Shown piece after piece: positions 55,411 to 64,000 of a stretch of DNA of 64,000 bases. Source of the stretch: Candidatus Synoicihabitans sp. (GTDB lineage: Bacteria; Verrucomicrobiota; Verrucomicrobiia; Opitutales; Opitutaceae); assembly GCA_965203585.1 (NCBI GenBank), contig CBDBDC010000001.1, positions 4,021 to 68,020 of the forward strand. The letters run 5' to 3'. The notes below the pieces were generated by a model. The model was not told the origin of the DNA. It made no database searches and worked only from the letters and a program-made list of their open reading frames with translations. Position 1 is the first letter of the stretch; every line of letters starts with the position of its first letter. Both the position numbers and the translations under genes were made by a program.

Positions 55411-57542
55411 CTAGAACACCAGGCGAACGCCCGCTTCCACGGTGCGTCCCGGCGCCGGCGCGAAGTCCTTGATGAACGACGTATGGTGGCGCTGCTCGTC
55501 GTCGGTCAGGTTTCTGCCTTCGGCGAACACGCTGACCGAGCTGTCGCCGAAGCCGAACTCGGCACCGACGTAGATCCGCAGATCTTCGTGCCGAGCGGTG
55601 ACCAATTCGTTTTCGGCGACGTCGTCCTGCTCCGTGACGTGCGTGTAGTCGACCGACGCGGTCAGCACGCCAAAGGTTCCTTCGAGGCCAAGGCCGTAGC
55701 GAAGCGGGGGGATGCGCGGCAGATGGTCGTTGCCGCTGACGTCCAGCTCGGCGTCCACGTAGTCGAGCATCACGCGCGCGTGCAGCATGCCGCCGCTGAA
55801 CTCGGCAACCCGCGCCCGCGCTTCCAGATCGACGCCAAAGAAAGCCGCGTCGTCCTGCAGGTAGGCAAAACACCGGCAGTTCGTCTTCCTCGTCGCCGGT
55901 TGGTTGCTGGTAGATGAAATCGCCGAAGCGGATGTAGTACGCCGTCGCGGACAGCGCACCCCAATCGGCCGCGAAGTCGAGTGTTGCGGACAGGCTCGCC
56001 GCGCTCTCCGTGTCGAGATCCTGGTTGCCGACCTCGAACGCGCCGGTGGTCAGGTGCGGCCCAAAGGAGTACAGCTCCTCAGCAACGGGTGCGCGGACGG
56101 AATAGTCTGCGTGCAGCCCCAGCTTCCAGACGTCGTCGAGCGGTACGATCAATCCGAGCGCGGCTGCGCCCGTTGTGAAGTTTTCGCTCTCGTTGGGCAC
56201 CTCGGCCATCTTCCGGATCGTGATCGACGCGCCCGATCCGGGCGCCGGTCTCCAGGTCGAAGCCGTCGAACGACCGCTGGCCGACCCAGAATATGCCGGT
56301 GTCGAGGGTGTCCACCGGCGGCACGAAAGCTTCGTCACCAATTGCTGAAAACTCGCGGTCCGCGTGCTGCAAGCCGAACGCACCCTGCCATCGATCCGTC
56401 TCATAGACCAGCTCGGTCCGGAACTCCCACGCATCGTTCTCGAAATCCGTGCCGAGCGCGCCATCCGGCTCGATTTCCTGGTGCTCGTAGTCGTTGACGC
56501 CGACGCGCACGTTCAGGCTCGTGAACACACCGAACGGATCCTGGACGCCGAGCTCCAAGTCGACCCTGGTCTGTTCGAGCTCCAGTGTCGGTACGCCTTC
56601 GACTTCATCCTCGTGCTCGCCTTCCGCTTCTTCTCCTTCCTCGTGCTCTTCTTCGTGCCCGTGCGCATGCCCGCCGGGCAGCCCGTATTCCGCGTCCATT
56701 CGGCTGACGGAAACGCCGATGAAACCCCACTCGGCGACATACGACGCGCCGCCCGCAAACGCGGTCGAGTCGAACTCGGAGCCTGGCAACACGCCTCGAA
56801 CTTCCTCGTCTTCGTCGTGTTCTTCCTCTTCCTCGTGCCCTTCTTCCTCCTCGTGCTCTTCTTCTTCGAGCGCGCGAGCACGGGAGGACTCGGCAAAGCC
56901 GGGAATCTCGTAGTCGTCACCGTCCTTGAACGTGCCGTCGAGATGCCACGCGAATCGACCACCACCCCCGTTCAGCTTGGCGCTAGTCGTGTTGCCGTCG
57001 TTGGCGTCGTCGAAGCGCGTCTCGATACCGCCGCTGACCGGCTGGTCCGGCACGCGGTGTGGTATGCGGTTTGTGTGTACGTCAACGACGCCTCCGATTG
57101 CGCCCGGCCCGTACAGCAGCGCGCTGGAACCCTTCAGCACCTCGACGCGTTCGGCAATGAAGGGTTCGACCGCAACCAGGTGGTCGGAGCTCGTGACCGA
57201 CACGTCGAGCGCATCGATGCGATCTTCCATGACCCGTACCCGCGGACCGCCGAGTCCGTGGATGACGGGCCGCCCAACGGCGGCGCCGAACGAGGCGGAG
57301 TGAATGCCCGGTTCACGCGCCAGCGTGGCGCCGATGTTCGCGGCCGCCTTCCGCTCCAGCTCGGCGCCGGCGAGCACGCTGCTCGCCTGCGACAAACCCT
57401 CGCTGGACAGAGGATGGCTGGCAACGACCACCACCTCGTCGATCCGGTCGGACCGCTTGTCCCCGGACTCTTCGCCATAAACTGATGTATGGACGGCCAG
57501 GCAGCCGACTGCGACCGCGCGTAGCGTGTGACTCACGTTCAT
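55411..57542 (-). pseudogene. TonB-dependent receptor with His/Glu-rich loops, disrupted by two frameshifts
   Basis: GGGAG SD, signal peptide and plug (DEVVVVASH, VEVLKGSSALLYGPGAIGGVV). Loops EEEEHEEEEGHEEEEEHDEDEE and HAHGHEEEHEEGEEAEGEHEDE. Three track ORFs in three frames join at about 56205-56215 and at AAAA 55867-55870. Ends ...EAGVRLVF. Confidence 0.75.
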
Positions 57543-57605
57543 CTTTTTCTCCCGAACAGCATGGGCCGCCCGATTGCGGGCGGCAGTGATCAACAGGTGC
57601 AGTGA

Positions 57606-57896
57606 TTACTGTCGGGTAACGGGTGGAGCGCGGGGACGGTGCGCGTAGCCGGGCTGCGATGCGTTTACCGCAGGTCGAACCCAGACGCCGAAGACCGGAC
57701 TCTCGATCGAGTCTGCTGCGGAACTGCAGACCGGTTGCGAGACTGGCGGTGTGTCCGCGTGACCGCACGCAGCACAGGAACCGCTGGACGGGGCGTCCAG
57801 GTGCACGTGGTCCTGCGCCAGCGTCTGCAACGGCAGAACGGCGATAGCCAGTAACAACACGACGCCGCGCAGGCGATTTGTAAAGGATCGATTCAA
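57606..57896 (-). CDS. Small secreted Cys/His-containing protein upstream of the TonB receptor
   Basis: Signal peptide (VVLLLAIAVLPLQTLAQD), then HVHLD...SGSCAACGH. Same strand as the receptor and 63 nt upstream of it. Confidence 0.45.
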   Translation of the reverse strand: MNRSFTNRLRGVVLLLAIAVLPLQTLAQDHVHLDAPSSGSCAACGHADTPPVSQPVCSSAADSIESPVFGVWVRPAVNASQPGYAHRPRAPPVTRQ

Positions 57897-58043
57897 CGGA
57901 TCCAGCTATCTCGAAGTCCCCGAACCGAGCATTGTGGCCGCGTGTCGCGGCCTGTCAATAGGCCGGGCGCCCCGGTCGGACACGGCCGCGCGCTCCCCAC
58001 ACGGTAAGTCAGCCCCGCATGCACCTGATTTTGGCGCCGGTTC

Positions 58044-58274
58044 TTACCATCCGGCTATAGCGACGCATGGGTCAAGACGGCCCGCAATCGTCTGGTGCTG
58101 TAGAGTTCGTCCCGCTTCAGCTTGTTGCGGAACGGGTAGCCCCGAAGCGAGTGCAATACGCTCGATTCGAGCGATTTTTGAATCATCGATGAATAGGAGC
58201 CGCCGCGGGAAGCGCGAACGCACGCTATCCAGGCGGCGCGTCGATGGCGCGCCCGGCTCGAACTCAGCGGCCAT
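58044..58274 (-). CDS. Hypothetical small protein (76 aa)
   Basis: Strong SD (ACGGAGGATCCAT-ATG). No family recognised with confidence. Confidence 0.45.
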   Translation of the reverse strand: MAAEFEPGAPSTRRLDSVRSRFPRRLLFIDDSKIARIERIALASGLPVPQQAEAGRTLQHQTIAGRLDPCVAIAGW

Positions 58275-58291
58275 ATGGATCCTCCGTTTTC

Positions 58292-58315
58292 ACAAAAAAT
58301 GGGGCCTTTGGCCCC
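58292..58315 (-). terminator. Rho-independent terminator after tRNA-Ser
   Basis: The minus strand reads GGGGCC-AAA-GGCCCC followed by ATTTTTTGTG. Confidence 0.8.
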
Positions 58316-58322
58316 ATATTTC

Positions 58323-58410
58323 TGGCGGAGAGGGAGGGATTCGAACCCTCGATGAGTTGCCCCATACACACTTTCCAGGCGTGCTCCTTCGACCGCTCGG
58401 ACACCTCTCC
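58323..58410 (-). tRNA. tRNA-Ser (anticodon GGA), CCA encoded
   Basis: Hand-folded cloverleaf: acceptor GGAGAGG/CCTCTCC, anticodon stem CACGC/GTGTG with loop CUGGAAA, long variable arm, T-arm GAGGG-TTCGAAT-CCCTC, discriminator G and CCA. Confidence 0.9.
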
Positions 58411-58705
58411 GAAACTGGAGGCGACCCACCCAGCCACACCTCGGCACCCGAGTCCGCTGCTACCGTTGCTCCCTTCCGGGCCTGGCGGAGTTCACAACAT
58501 ATCGTCGCGAAGGGACCGAGGTGGGTCACCATAGGGGCGCGTATGCTAGCCGAAGCGGTGCCGGATGCACAGTGGGAAAGGTACTGCGTGCGGCGTCGGT
58601 ATCGCGATATGTCGCGGCAATTTAGTGCCGACGGGCCTTGTCTGCACAAACGCCCGACCGAATCATCCTGCCCCTCCCGTTCGCGGCGGCGCCTCGGCGC
58701 GCCAC

Positions 58706-58858
58706 TCAGAAAGCGCGCCCCTCGAGCGGACCGAGCACGACCCAATCGACAACGAAACTGACGCCGGCGAGCACGAGGACGACGAGCGCAATGACACCCA
58801 GCAGGCGCCAGCCGTGGAATTGTTTCTCGTCCGTCTCGGCCGGTTGGTTCTGTGACAT
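58706..58858 (-). CDS. Possible 50-aa single-TM protein (MSQNQPAETDEKQFHGWRLLGVIALVVLVLAGVSFVVDWVVLGPLEGRAF)
   Basis: ORF below the track's cut-off, with good codon GC3 and a clear TM helix, but no obvious SD. Confidence 0.3.
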   Translation of the reverse strand: MSQNQPAETDEKQFHGWRLLGVIALVVLVLAGVSFVVDWVVLGPLEGRAF

Positions 58859-59154
58859 CGGAAAGCGGTACATCGTCATGTGGCAGAAGAGTCATTCTAC
58901 CGCACCGGCGTCGCCATGTAGCGCGCGCACGAATCGGCCTGCCACTAGAAATGGGCCATAACGGCCCGTGGCTTGATCGATTGAGACGGCGCTGTGCCTG
59001 CTCAACTCACAGATCGACGGCGGCGGCTTCAGCATGTAGGCGAGGCCGCCGTCGGGGGTTGATTGCGGTGCTGGCGGTGACTATCAGCCAACACTGACGG
59101 GGTTGGCCTGTCCGCGGCAGTGGGGCGCACTGTCGCGCGCGGCAAGCGTTCGCC

Positions 59155-59183
59155 TTGACGCCCCTCGATACCGCCTCGATAAT
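59155..59183 (+). promoter_or_regulatory. Sigma-70-type promoter for tRNA-Arg
   Basis: TTGACG, a 17-nt spacer, then GATAAT, with a GC-rich discriminator (GGTGCCGC). It lies 38 nt upstream of the tRNA 5' end. Confidence 0.6.
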
Positions 59184-59220
59184 GGTGCCGCTTTTCCGGC
59201 CCCTCCCGGGGTTCTACCGC

Positions 59221-59297
59221 GCTCGAGTGGCCAAACTGGATAAGGCACCGGTCTACGAAACCGGGGATTACAGGTTCGAATCCTGTCTCGGGCGCCA
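59221..59297 (+). tRNA. tRNA-Arg (anticodon ACG), CCA encoded
   Basis: Acceptor GCTCGAG/CTCGGGC (one G-U pair), anticodon stem CCGGT/ACCGG with loop CUACGAA, T-arm ACAGG-TTCGAAT-CCTGT, discriminator G and CCA. Confidence 0.9.
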
Positions 59298-59403
59298 TCT
59301 TCCGCCTTCAGTCCGTTCGCCCGCCACCGTCTCAGGCCGCCGTCGCGATCCCGCGCCTCTACTACACTGAAAGGATCGGCGACCCCGCAGTGCTTCGAGA
59401 ACC

Positions 59404-60908
59404 GTGCCTGATCCATCTCCGCGAAACGATGCCTCCAACCTCGACGAATGGCGCGACCGCCTGAGCGGGGCCGGGTCGCCGGTGTTTGCGACGACGGTCC
59501 GCGACGTATCCAACGTGGCGACCAATCGGGAGTCGTCCGCCCGCGACCTGTCTGACGTGATCGGCAACGATGCGTCGATGGCGGCGCGCGTGCTGAAGAT
59601 CGCCAACAGCTCACTGTTCAACCTGCCGGTCCGCGTCGACACGATCAGTTCAGCCGTGGTTCGGCTCGGCTTCGACGCCATTCGCGAGCTGGCGATCTCG
59701 GTGGCCGTGATCGAACAGATGAAGCGTGGGCGTCGACATGAACGCGTGACCCGGCACATGGCGCACGCTTTTCATGCAGCGGCGCAGGCGCGTTCGTTTG
59801 CGGCCTGCTCGGGCGACAAGCACCAGGAGGAGGTGTTTCTGGCTGCGCTACTGCGCGAGGTCGGCGAGATGGCGTTCTGGTCGCATGCCAAGAAGGAAGG
59901 CGACGCCATCGCCGAGCGTGCGGCGGCCGGTGAGGCCTGGGAAGACGCCGAACGCGGTGTGCTGGGATTCGAACTGCGCGAGCTCACTCGCCACCTGGTG
60001 ACCGACTGGTCGCTCGGCGAGCTACTTCAGGCATCGGTCGACAGTTTCCGGCCGACGGGACGGGCCCGCAACGTCGTGCTCGGACACGAGGTGGCCCGCG
60101 GCTATCGAAGACCACGGCTGGGGTTCCCGACGAGGCCGACGCGGCGCTGGTGGTGGCGGCGGAAGCGCTCGATGTCAGCAAAGCAGATCTGGAGGAACTG
60201 GTGCACGACAACGTCGAGCAGGCCAGCCGGATGGCGGCGCGGTACGGGGTAGGCAAGCTGGAAGACAGCCTGCCGCGGATCAAGCGGCCGGAACCGGGGG
60301 GTGCGGCGGAAGTTGCAGGCACCGAAGGCGAGGGGGCTGCCGACCCGTCCGCTGCCGGTGCCCAGGCCGGGGCGGCTACCGCCACGCATCAGGCTGGCGA
60401 CACCCCCTCGCGCGCGCCCGATCCCGGCGTGCAGCTGCGCGTGCTGACCGAACTGGCTGCCGGGCTCGAGAGCGGGCGGTCGCTGAACGAACTGATCCAG
60501 CTGGTACTCGAAGGGATTCACGACGGTATAGGCTTCGATCGCACCTACTTTGCGCTCCTCACACCCGACCGCGCCCACCTGAAGCCGAAGTACTCGCTCG
60601 GCGCCAACCCGGACGGTTTTGCGCGCTGCCAGCGTGAGATGCTGGGCGACGCCGATCCGGTGTTTGGTCCGCTATTCACGACGCCGGGCGCCCAGGTCCT
60701 GACGGGAGCCGAGGCGGAACGGGGTGATCCGTGGGTGGCCGATCGCGACTTTGTCGCAACCGCGGTTACCATTGGTAACTCGCCTGTTGGGGTGCTGTAC
60801 GCCGACCGGGTCGCGAGCGCGGGTCCGATCGACGCGGTGGCTGTCGATGCGTTCCGGCATTTTGCTCAGCAGACGGTGCTGGTGTTGTCCCGTTCTCTGA
60901 AATCCTGA
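59404..60908 (+). CDS. HDOD domain - GAF domain signalling protein; frameshift at GGGG 60120-60123
   Basis: HDOD-like N-terminus (DLSDVIGNDASMAARVLKIANSSLFNLP...ISSAVVRLGFDAIRELA). GAF-like C-terminus (LNELIQLVLEGIHDGIGFDRTYFALL...SPVGVLYADR). The two track ORFs join with one added G. Confidence 0.6.
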
Positions 60909-60941
60909 GCGCTGGATCGGGCGCCGCACCAGTCGCCGTTA

Positions 60942-61974
60942 TCAGGCTGTGCGACTCCGGTTGATGCGGTCGATCAGCGTCGCAAAGCGCGGATCTTCGT
61001 GCAGCTGCCTGTGCCACGCGTCGACCCAGAAACGCTCGTCGTCATCAGCGGGCCCGCCACGGTCCAGGATGTCGTCGATCGAGCGTTCCACATAACCAAT
61101 CCAGTCCGGTCGGCGGCCGTCGATGTCGTCGAATCCGTATTCTTTCGCGAGCGTCCAGCTCGCGACGACCTGCCCGTTGCGCCCGGCAACGTCCGGGTCG
61201 GCCGCGAGCGCGGCAACGGCGCGCCCGACAAAACACGGCGTTTCGGACTCGCTGAAGCCGCGTGCCCTGCTGATTGCGTCACGCCAGTTGGCTTCGGTCA
61301 CGCCGAAGTTGTCCAGCATCGCCTCCGAACGCAGGAACCCGGGCGTGACGGCAACGGTGGTCACGCCCTGCGCGCCTAACTCGCTGGCGAGGGCAAACGC
61401 CAGGCGTATGACCTGATTTTTGACGAGGTCGTAAACCAGGTTGCCCCGGTAACCCGCGTGATCGCCGTCGGTGATCTCGACGATCAGCCCGCTGCCGCGG
61501 GCGACCATCAACGGCGCCACGTGGCGCGCCGTCAGGATGTGTGTGCCTACCGCTGTGTCGAGGAACTCGAATGCACGATTTATATCGGTGCTGCAGAACG
61601 GTTGCCATTCGGCCAGGTTTTTCGCCACCAATGTCGTTGACAAGAATGTCCACGTGGCCGGATTCGGATTCGACCCGCTCGACCAGTTGCGCCACGTCGT
61701 CGGCGTTGCTGTGGTCGGTGCGGACGGCGATGCCACGGCCGCCCGCGGCGTCGACCAGCTCGGCGGTCTCCTCGATGGTTTCCGGGCGGCCGATCGGCGA
61801 CAGGTTGCCGCGCGTGCTCCGCCCCGAACAGTAGACGGTGGCCCCGGCCTCGCCCAGCATCCGGGCGATACCCCGGCCGGCGCCTCGCGTTGCGCCGGCT
61901 ACAATCGCAACGCGGCCTTCTAGCGGTTGGTTCACGGCGTCAGCCCGTGGCAAAAGATGATGTGATGCTACCAT
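60942..61974 (-). CDS. Short-chain dehydrogenase/reductase (SDR); frameshift in TTTTT 61618-61622
   Basis: Cofactor motif GRVAIVAGATRGAGRGIA, then DILVNDIGGEK joining NLAEWQPF...LIVEITDGDHAGYRGNLVYDLVKNQVIRLA after a 1-nt correction. Confidence 0.65.
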
Positions 61975-62044
61975 CGCGTTGTCCCCTGCGGCGGCATCGA
62001 TCCACGCTACAATCCGCGCCCGAACACCAGTTAGAGCCACAGCC

Positions 62045-62914
62045 ATGATGCCCGCGAACGCCACGACCGAATCCAGCGCGCTGGCGGGCGCCACTTTCAT
62101 GTCGCTGGCAATGCTCGCCGGCGCCGGCATCGACATCTCCGTAAAGGCGCTGGCCGGTGATTTCTCGACCGCGCAGATCGTGTTCTTGAGGTCGCTGCTC
62201 GCGCTGCCGGTCGTGCTCGCGATCTGCGCGCATCAGGGCGTGCTCGCGGAGCTTACGCGCCCCCGCTGGGGCTGGCAGCTGTATCGAGGGGTGCTGGTCG
62301 CCGGCGCCAATTTCGGGTTCTTTTTTGGCCTCGCGCACGTGCCGCTGGTCACGGCCGTTCTGCTGGCGTACCTGGCGCCCGTGCTGATCGTGCTGCTGGC
62401 GCGACCCCTGCTGGGCGAACGCGTGGGCATCCGGCGCTGGTGCGGCATCGGCGTTGCATTTACCGGCGTGCTGGTCGTCGTACGGCCGACGGAACTCGAT
62501 GTGTCGCCAGCAGTGCTCGCCATCCTGGGCTCCGCAGCGTGTTGGGCGCTGCTCAGTATCTCCAACCGCAAACTCGCCGGCACCGTCTCCGTCGGCGTGC
62601 TGTCGTTTTACACGATGCCGATCAGCGCGCTGCTCGGCGGTTGGTTTTCGCTGGGGGCATGGAGCACGCCTGGGTTGGATGACTGGATGTTGTTCCTGAC
62701 CGCGGGCTGCGCAGGCGGGTTAGCCCATACGTTGGTCGCCACCGCGTACCGTCACGCGTCTGTCGCGGTGGTTGCGCCGTTTGAATACACCACACTGATC
62801 TGGACCGCGTTGGCGGGCTGGTTGTTCTGGAACGAGTTACCGTCGGCCTGGGTATGGGTTGGCGGTGCGGCGGTGATCGCGGGCGGCTACCTCGCCGTGC
62901 GCGGTCGCGACTGA
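62045..62914 (+). CDS. EamA/DMT-family transporter
   Basis: Ten hydrophobic helices in two EamA-like halves. I chose the ATG at 62045; the track ORF starts at 61979. Confidence 0.75.
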   Translation: MMPANATTESSALAGATFMSLAMLAGAGIDISVKALAGDFSTAQIVFLRSLLALPVVLAICAHQGVLAELTRPRWGWQLYRGVLVAGANFGFFFGLAHVPLVTAVLLAYLAPVLIVLLARPLLGERVGIRRWCGIGVAFTGVLVVVRPTELDVSPAVLAILGSAACWALLSISNRKLAGTVSVGVLSFYTMPISALLGGWFSLGAWSTPGLDDWMLFLTAGCAGGLAHTLVATAYRHASVAVVAPFEYTTLIWTALAGWLFWNELPSAWVWVGGAAVIAGGYLAVRGRD

Positions 62915-63390
62915 CCGCGCGAGCAGGCTCTGTTGCGTATGACTTACGTCATTCGCCAACCGGGTCGCTGGTCGCCACACTGCATGACACCGAACGCGAC
63001 ACCGGTCTCGACATCAACGGCTGCAGAACATCGCCGTCTATCCCGCTCGTTACAGCAATCTCACAAATCGTCGGCACGCAGCCGGTGCTGACCGTGCTGA
63101 CCGGGGAACGGTACAAACATCACGAAAGAAACAGCGGGTGTGCTGAAAGGCGCACCTTCTCGCACAGCCCGCGGCGACCGGTGCCGCACCGTTCCTGCTG
63201 ATGCATGCCAAGGGACCGAACGTCGTCTTGGCCATCGGCTCTGCCGCGGCGGCCGGAATCGCGGTTCTGTATGTAGGCAGCTGACAGCCGACGCGGCCAC
63301 CATTACCCGCTAGAATGCGCCGCTTACGTGTTGCGTGAACCGCCCGCACAGAACGGCGGCAGCGCAGCGCCGAATTGCCTAGGAGTTGTC

Positions 63391-63993
63391 ATGCGTACTC
63401 TGACTGAACGACGTCTGTTTCACGTGCTTGCCATGTTCATGCTGGCGACGCCGCTGGTGCTGGCGCTGGCGGCACCGGCGAGTGCCGAGTCCCGGCTCTG
63501 GGTGTCTGTGGCGAGCTTTGGCTCTGATCCGACGGCGCACGAGTTTCGCGACGACGTGACCCGACGCCTCGCAGACACGGTGTCCGTGGTAACCGTTGAT
63601 ACCGCGACCGGCCGGATTCACCGCGTCGTCGTCGGCCCGTTTGGGAGCCGGGACGCGGCCTCCGTGGCGCTGGACGACGCGCGCGCGGCCGGCTACGACG
63701 ACGCCTGGATATTCACGTCGTCGGAGGATCTGACGGCTGATGCGGGGGACGACTACGGCAGCAGCCTGTCGGGAATTGACGCCGACTACGATTCCGGACT
63801 GACCGGCAGCTACTCGAGTACCAGTGACGTGGGCAGCAGCAGCTACAGCTATGAGCCAGTCGACCCCGAACCGTACGTCCCGCCGGCGCGCAGCGCTTCA
63901 TCCCGCGAGGAAGAACCCTACCAGGTACCACCCGAGATGGTGGACACAGCGCCGGCAGGCTATCAGCTGCACAAGCTCAAGCGCGATCCCTAG
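63391..63993 (+). CDS. SPOR-domain (peptidoglycan-binding) protein with an acidic/Ser-rich tail
   Basis: AGGAG SD and a signal peptide. SPOR-like core RLWVSVASFGSDPTAHEF...HRVVVGPFGSRDAASVALDDARAAGYDDAWIF. Confidence 0.6.
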   Translation: MRTLTERRLFHVLAMFMLATPLVLALAAPASAESRLWVSVASFGSDPTAHEFRDDVTRRLADTVSVVTVDTATGRIHRVVVGPFGSRDAASVALDDARAAGYDDAWIFTSSEDLTADAGDDYGSSLSGIDADYDSGLTGSYSSTSDVGSSSYSYEPVDPEPYVPPARSASSREEEPYQVPPEMVDTAPAGYQLHKLKRDP

Positions 63994-64000
63994 CGCCGCC

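Noticed and set aside
58044-58274. BolA-like identity for the small protein (RRLDSVRSRFPRRLLFIDDS resembles the BolA N-terminal pattern).
   Set aside because: The rest of the protein does not follow the BolA pattern in any single frame. The resemblance is too short to support a call.
63201-63284. 27-aa hydrophobic ORF (MHAKGPNVVLAIGSAAAAGIAVLYVGS) in the 475-bp gap before the SPOR gene.
   Set aside because: It has no ribosome-binding site or other support. It is indistinguishable from chance in GC-rich sequence.

Overview
High-GC (roughly two-thirds G+C by eye, not computed) proteobacterial chromosomal segment, probably from a marine or environmental gammaproteobacterium. Layout, left to right: (1) a 5'-truncated ECF sigma/anti-sigma pair, GST and a methyltransferase. 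(2) A catabolic cluster (2.1-12.8 kb) with two CaiB-type CoA-transferases, a single-chain biotin carboxylase-BCCP-carboxyltransferase, an LLM oxidoreductase, a PEP-mutase/isocitrate-lyase family enzyme, a CYP153-like P450 and an amidohydrolase. (3) The most interesting region (12.97-16.4 kb): three consecutive genes, each interrupted by one in-frame TGA in a U-x-x-C context, which I read as selenocysteine. They are a peroxiredoxin-like protein, a GrdB/PrdB-like protein and a UGSC-type protein, followed by a translationally coupled 363-aa unknown. (4) Lipoproteins, a thioesterase, an Lrp regulator and an alkyl sulfatase. (5) A PrsT-like TPR protein, a PEP-CTERM protein and a TonB-dependent receptor. 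(6) An 8-gene translationally coupled minus-strand operon (27.7-38.5 kb) with MoxR, DUF58 and a giant triple-VWA protein plus five unknown envelope proteins. It is preceded by a sigma-54-like promoter and an adjacent NtrC-type two-component system. (7) A radical-SAM-like enzyme with a non-canonical Cys motif, an O-methyltransferase, a DedA-like membrane protein, then queF. (8) A rearranged, visibly lower-GC accessory stretch with an acetyltransferase remnant, an IS5-family element, a TIR-TPR protein, a CmcJ-like oxygenase and a decayed TonB receptor, ending next to tRNA-Ser(GGA). (9) tRNA-Arg(ACG), an HDOD-GAF protein, an SDR, an EamA transporter and a SPOR protein. At least eight genes carry single-base frameshifts. 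Most of the sites resolved by hand lie in short homopolymer runs, so sequence quality is a real caveat. All calls come from reading the translations and hand-folding; no searches were run.
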